Below, piece after piece: positions 33,413 through 36,046 of a stretch of DNA of 36,046 nucleotides. The translations under genes and the position numbers were made by a program. The DNA comes from a virus. Lineage: Duplodnaviria > Caudoviricetes. Within the stretch, counting starts at the first letter, position 1. Every line of letters starts with the position of its first letter. The DNA is taken from the IMG/VR virus record IMGVR_UViG_3300035703_000241, positions 1-36,046 of that record; one strand, 5' to 3'. Below the pieces are notes generated by a model, which had not been told where the DNA came from, ran no database searches, and saw only the letters and a program-made list of their open reading frames with translations.

Positions 33413-34744
33413 TCAGGAAGTCGGGTTCACGACGATCGTCAGCAGGTCGCTGAGGCTGAATGTCGACTTGTAGCGCTTATATGTGGCGGTGACGCCGAAG
33501 GCGTTCGTGATCTGCACCGTCGTTACTTCGTCCTGCGCGAGCGCGTTGCCGCCGAACTTCAGGCCGAAGAAGGGCGGAGCCGTCGACAGGGTGTAGGCGT
33601 TGTGGATGAACAGGTAGAAGAATCCTGCGCCGGCCGGGATGGTGATCGTCTGGTTGGATGGCCCTTGCGCTGCCGTGGTCTGCAGCAGCGCGCCGCTGTT
33701 GGTTCCGGCGATGTCGAACGTCGGGCTTCCGAGGTTGCTGGTGGTTGCCTTGCCGAAATACCAGCGGCTGAACCATTGCCGGGTGATGTCCGCTGGCGTG
33801 GTCGTGCCCTGCGCCTGCGATGCTGCCAGCCGGATCGTCACGGAGTTGGCTGATGTCGGGGAGGTCGGCGGGGTGATGGCCGGGATCGACAGCGCTTGCG
33901 TCAGCGCCGTCGGCTGGATGCCCGTTGCCAGCGTCAATGTGGAGCCGTCTGGACGCGTGAGGGAGATGCTTCCGCTGCTGGGCGTCCAGTTGGCCGATGG
34001 GCCCGTAGTAGCCCATGATGCGGTTGCGCTGGTCGGGAATGCCTGCCCGAGCTCGTAGACCGATCCCACGCCGGACAGGGCGAAGTTGCTGAACCCGACC
34101 GATTGGTACGGGTACAGGATGCGTTCGAGGATCTGCACGGCGGTTTCGCCAGCCGGGAGGACCGTCCCGGCCGGGATGCCCGGGAGGTTGGTGGCGACGG
34201 TCGGGGTTGACAGCGTCCACGGCGTGATTCGGGCATCGTCCGCACGGACGGCCTTGGTGGCGCTTGCTACGCCGCTGCTGGCAAAGTCGACCGCGAACGA
34301 TGGGTCGTCCTTGATGTCTCCGCCTCCGATCAATCCGGCTCCGGTGTTCAACTTGGCGGTCGCTGATGCGACGAGCGTGAAGTCTGCTGCGAGGCTGCCG
34401 CCTGACAACTTCAGGCCCGTACCGATGGTGATTTGCTCGCTGGCGCCGACTCCGCTGGTAGAACGCCCGATCAGCCGTTGGGCTGATGTGTTGAGCAAGT
34501 CGGTTGGGCCCAGCGTGACGTTTCCGGCGCGGTTGTTGACCGTTGAGACTCCTGCGCCGGGTCCGGTTCCGCCGTTCACCCATTGGGCGTCGTAGTCGGC
34601 GGACGAGGCCTTTGCCAGCACTTGTCCTGCGGTGCCGCCTGCCGGGATGCCGATTCCTGGCTGCCCGGCTTGGACGGCGATAGTCACCGCTGCATCAGCG
34701 ACGGTCACGGTCGATCCGGTGACGATGTCGATTTCGATGCTCAC
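33413..34744 (-). CDS. Fibre-like virion structural protein (443 aa)
   Basis: PAGGTAGQVLAKAS..DYDAQW and GVSTVNNRAGNVTL fibre motifs; Thr/Ser/Gly-rich beta C-terminus. Confidence 0.7.
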   Translation of the reverse strand: MSIEIDIVTGSTVTVADAAVTIAVQAGQPGIGIPAGGTAGQVLAKASSADYDAQWVNGGTGPGAGVSTVNNRAGNVTLGPTDLLNTSAQRLIGRSTSGVGASEQITIGTGLKLSGGSLAADFTLVASATAKLNTGAGLIGGGDIKDDPSFAVDFASSGVASATKAVRADDARITPWTLSTPTVATNLPGIPAGTVLPAGETAVQILERILYPYQSVGFSNFALSGVGSVYELGQAFPTSATASWATTGPSANWTPSSGSISLTRPDGSTLTLATGIQPTALTQALSIPAITPPTSPTSANSVTIRLAASQAQGTTTPADITRQWFSRWYFGKATTSNLGSPTFDIAGTNSGALLQTTAAQGPSNQTITIPAGAGFFYLFIHNAYTLSTAPPFFGLKFGGNALAQDEVTTVQITNAFGVTATYKRYKSTFSLSDLLTIVVNPTS

Positions 34745-35091
34745 GTGCCTGCCTTTTCAAGCACTTGCACGGTTCCGCGACTGATGTAGCGACGAACGAT
34801 TCCGCCTGTCCATGTCAGTTCGAGGTCGTAGTAGCCAGTCTGCACCCCTATCAATGCCGTGACCGATGCGGGGATGGTCAGCTTCATGGCGCCAGCTTGA
34901 CCCGGCACCGCGACGAATCGGGGGCTTGCGCCCGTGCTGCTTGCGGTCAGGAACTCCGCCTGCGACTCGTTGACGCACCGCAGGCGCCATTCCTGAGCCG
35001 TGGCGATGTCCGCGACCCCGGTAATCGTTACCGTGGCTTCGTACGTTGCCCCGCGCATCAGGTAGATCACCCAAGGGCACATGCAGCTCAT
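34741..35091 (-). CDS. Beta-sandwich collar/fibre-attachment protein (BppU-N or T5 p132-like pattern)
   Basis: RGATY...KLTIPASVTA...GYYDLEL...G.VRR...GTVQV. Confidence 0.6.
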   Translation of the reverse strand: MSCMCPWVIYLMRGATYEATVTITGVADIATAQEWRLRCVNESQAEFLTASSTGASPRFVAVPGQAGAMKLTIPASVTALIGVQTGYYDLELTWTGGIVRRYISRGTVQVLEKAGT

Positions 35092-35288
35092 GAGTCGTTG
35101 GGCTCCTTGGTCACTTGCTTGACTGCTTCTTCGGGGTCCATGCCGTCGGCAATGAGCCTAGCGATCTCTCGCATCGAAATCGATGCGCGCACGTATTTGC
35201 GAAAGCGGTCTTCGGCGTCGGGCCCGTTTTCGGGCACGATGCTCATCGCGTCGTCTTCGTCGTCGCGAACTTCGTCTGGGTTGCTCAT
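35088..35288 (-). CDS. Small acidic protein (66 aa), candidate immunity/partner of the ART
   Basis: ATG overlaps the ART stop (TGATG); MSNPDEVRDDEDDAMS...EPNDS. Confidence 0.6.
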   Translation of the reverse strand: MSNPDEVRDDEDDAMSIVPENGPDAEDRFRKYVRASISMREIARLIADGMDPEEAVKQVTKEPNDS

Positions 35289-36046
35289 CAGTTGGTATCC
35301 ACGTGTTCGAGGTCGACGAACAGGCGCGAGCCTTTTCCCTTGACCCAGCGCCATTCCTTGGTCTTGATGCGGAAACGCGAGCCGCGCGGCAGCAGAACCT
35401 CGCGCTCGCCCGGCAAATTGCTTGCGTCGCTGATTGACACGCCTTGGCGCGTGCTGATGCGCATGACGACGCCGGTTGCCTCAGTTGAAAAGGCCGTGCC
35501 GACGCCGGCCACCGTGCTGGTGCTGATGAAGCCGTGATCCGTCCAGGTGTTGCCTACGCCGAGTCTGTCTATGGCCTTGGCGACGTTTGAACCTGCGCCG
35601 CGATAGACCGTTGCCGGAGGCGGGTCTCGCTGGTCGATCCGCGTCAGGACGTCGAGCGCCCCGACCATGGCGGCTTGCTTGGTGGTGAGCTTGTTTGCGA
35701 TGCCGAGCCCGTTGTCGTCGGCTTCTGCATTTCGAAGTGCTTGGTTCAGACCGCGGTAGTCGGTTCCGGAGTATGCCTCGACCGCTTCCCGCGCCAACGG
35801 GACGGCTTTCAGAACCTTGTTTTGCGCGTCCGTCCGCTGCGGTGTCGGCGTGTTGCTTTCCCATTCCTTGGGCAAGTCGGTCGGCAACACGCCTGGCGGC
35901 GGCTTTCCTGGCGTGGCGCTGGGCGGTGCCTTGTCCTTGGGTGGCTGCTGCGCTGGCTCGGTTGCCGGGTCCTTGGGCGCGACAGGCGCCACCGGAGCCT
36001 GCTTGGGCTGCGGTGGCGGCGCGGTCGGCTCTGCCGCGATGGGAGC
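35288..36046 (-). CDS. ADP-ribosyltransferase domain (R-S-E clade, VIP2/Alt-like) behind a Pro-rich linker, open at the right edge
   Basis: AVEAYSGTDYRGLNQALR, TVYRG, GFISTST, GEREVLLPRGSRFRI; the frame is open to base 36046. Confidence 0.92.
   Translation of the reverse strand, partial: APIAAEPTAPPPQPKQAPVAPVAPKDPATEPAQQPPKDKAPPSATPGKPPPGVLPTDLPKEWESNTPTPQRTDAQNKVLKAVPLAREAVEAYSGTDYRGLNQALRNAEADDNGLGIANKLTTKQAAMVGALDVLTRIDQRDPPPATVYRGAGSNVAKAIDRLGVGNTWTDHGFISTSTVAGVGTAFSTEATGVVMRISTRQGVSISDASNLPGEREVLLPRGSRFRIKTKEWRWVKGKGSRLFVDLEHVDTN

Noticed and set aside
55-35537. Many long plus-strand ORFs (for example 3990..5654, 9465..10892, 20203..21558, 25827..27407)
   Set aside because: They are antisense shadows of well-supported minus-strand genes in high-GC DNA and carry no recognisable motifs.
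1-36046. Direct terminal repeats proving circularity
   Set aside because: The two ends share no overlapping sequence, so closure is inferred only from gene order and reading frame.

Overview
This window is a near-complete, high-GC tailed dsDNA phage genome with an HK97-type head and a lambda-like siphovirus tail. Every credible gene lies on the minus strand. In transcription order (high to low coordinates) it carries: an ADP-ribosyltransferase (ART) domain open at the right edge and a small acidic ORF; five fibre/collar-like genes placed unusually inside the head module; a prohead protease with an extra N-terminal domain; two HK97-fold capsid genes; neck and tail genes with a -1 frameshift chaperone; the tape measure protein; a minimal tail-tip region; a holin/spanin-like cassette with no recognisable endolysin; and a Cys-rich gene pair ending at a terminator. 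A promoter then drives an amidoligase plus class-II glutamine amidotransferase pair, an array of small ORFs, an HTH protein, YqaJ/ERF recombination genes, a hairpin-dense intergenic region, ParB-like, helicase, primase-like and RusA genes, an HNH/P-loop fusion, two duplicated ParB-like genes, a C5 DNA methyltransferase, both terminase subunits and the portal, which runs off the left edge. The most striking observation is that the portal leaves the left edge in a Pro-rich linker and the ART ORF enters the right edge in a Pro-rich linker in exactly the matching frame, suggesting a portal-ART fusion with an adjacent candidate immunity gene. No integrase, repressor, tRNA, CRISPR array or reverse transcriptase was recognised. 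All assignments come from reading motifs by eye, not from database searches.
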